DNA of 64,000 nucleotides, from the sequence record PP400781; one strand, written 5' to 3'. Below are positions 63,539-64,000 of this stretch, one piece after another. Position 1 is the first letter of the stretch. Each line of letters begins with the position of its first letter. Origin of the DNA: Escherichia phage FL20. The position numbers and the translations under genes were made by a program. The notes beneath the pieces are model-generated. The model was not told the DNA's origin and searched no databases. It saw nothing but the letters and a program-made list of their open reading frames with translations.

Positions 63539-64000
63539 TTAAACGTATTCAGCAACAACATTATGTTTAAAATTACCGCTCCTTTTTGGATTTGGATTTT
63601 TCAATCGACTATGTATTAAATTTTTGTTGTATCCGGTTGCTTTAGACGCTTCGCCAATACTTTGATAAACAACACCATTAACACGAATCGGACGAGACTT
63701 ATTAAACAGTTGATTCAATCCGGCATCATATGCATGGTTTTGGTTTTCTTGCCTCGTTGCGATCTCAAGATTCCAAACACAATTACAAGATTTTACCCCA
63801 CTTTTATGATTAATTTCAAGACCTTCACAATCACCTATAAAGTGTTCAGCAACTAGTCTATGAATATAGCGATATTTCTTACTTTCCCCATCATGCAAGC
63901 ATACATTATAATAACCATCACCAGCGCGTTTAGGTCGGAGTAGTTTACCTTTAACACGTTTTATAGTAGGGAACTCACCAAATTGATTTCTCTGGATAAA
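63539..64000 (-). mobile_element. HNH homing endonuclease gene, 5' end beyond window
   Basis: The frame stays open upstream of the track ATG to the window edge (...RPKRAGDGYYNVCLHDGESKKYRYIHRLVAEHFIG...EINHKSGVKSCNCVWNLEIATRQENQNH); HNH core plus C-terminal NUMOD-like HTH. Confidence 0.65.

Overview
This window is a T4-like (Straboviridae, T-even-type) myovirus genome segment, recognised by reading the six-frame translations against remembered T4 proteins; no searches were run. The first ~2.2 kb is late-gene plus-strand DNA: the C-terminus of long-tail-fibre protein gp37, a T2/T6-type glycine-rich adhesin gp38, and holin t. The rest is an almost uninterrupted minus-strand early/middle block in T4 synteny: 52, rIIB, rIIA, 39 (fused 39+60), dexA, dda, 56, 61, 41, uvsX, 43, regA, 62, 44, 45, 46, 47, 55, nrdH-like, nrdG, nrdD, 49, nrdC, dam, tk, regB. 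Between these core genes lie many small ORFs of unknown function, two HNH homing-endonuclease genes, and numerous sigma70-type early promoters (TTGACA-17-TATAAT), many with a dyad-symmetric GC-rich spacer, followed by a stereotyped leader ending AAGGAGAATCAAA-ATG. The most unusual content is in the hyperplastic nrdC-49-nrdD-nrdG-nrdH-55 interval: eight tandem paralogous genes built from a repeated ~90-aa module with coiled-coil tails, and a 489-aa SF2-helicase-like P-loop protein that is not part of the T4 core. Other candidates are a macro-domain protein, a secreted LprI/DUF1311-like protein, a nucleotidyltransferase-fold protein with small paralogous neighbours, and the absence of bgt/42/agt at their T4 positions despite a gp56 dCTPase. 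Gene coordinates come from the ORF track, with starts moved to an internal ATG where the track begins on GTG/TTG or a better RBS is seen. Promoter and terminator coordinates were read by eye and are approximate (a few nt).
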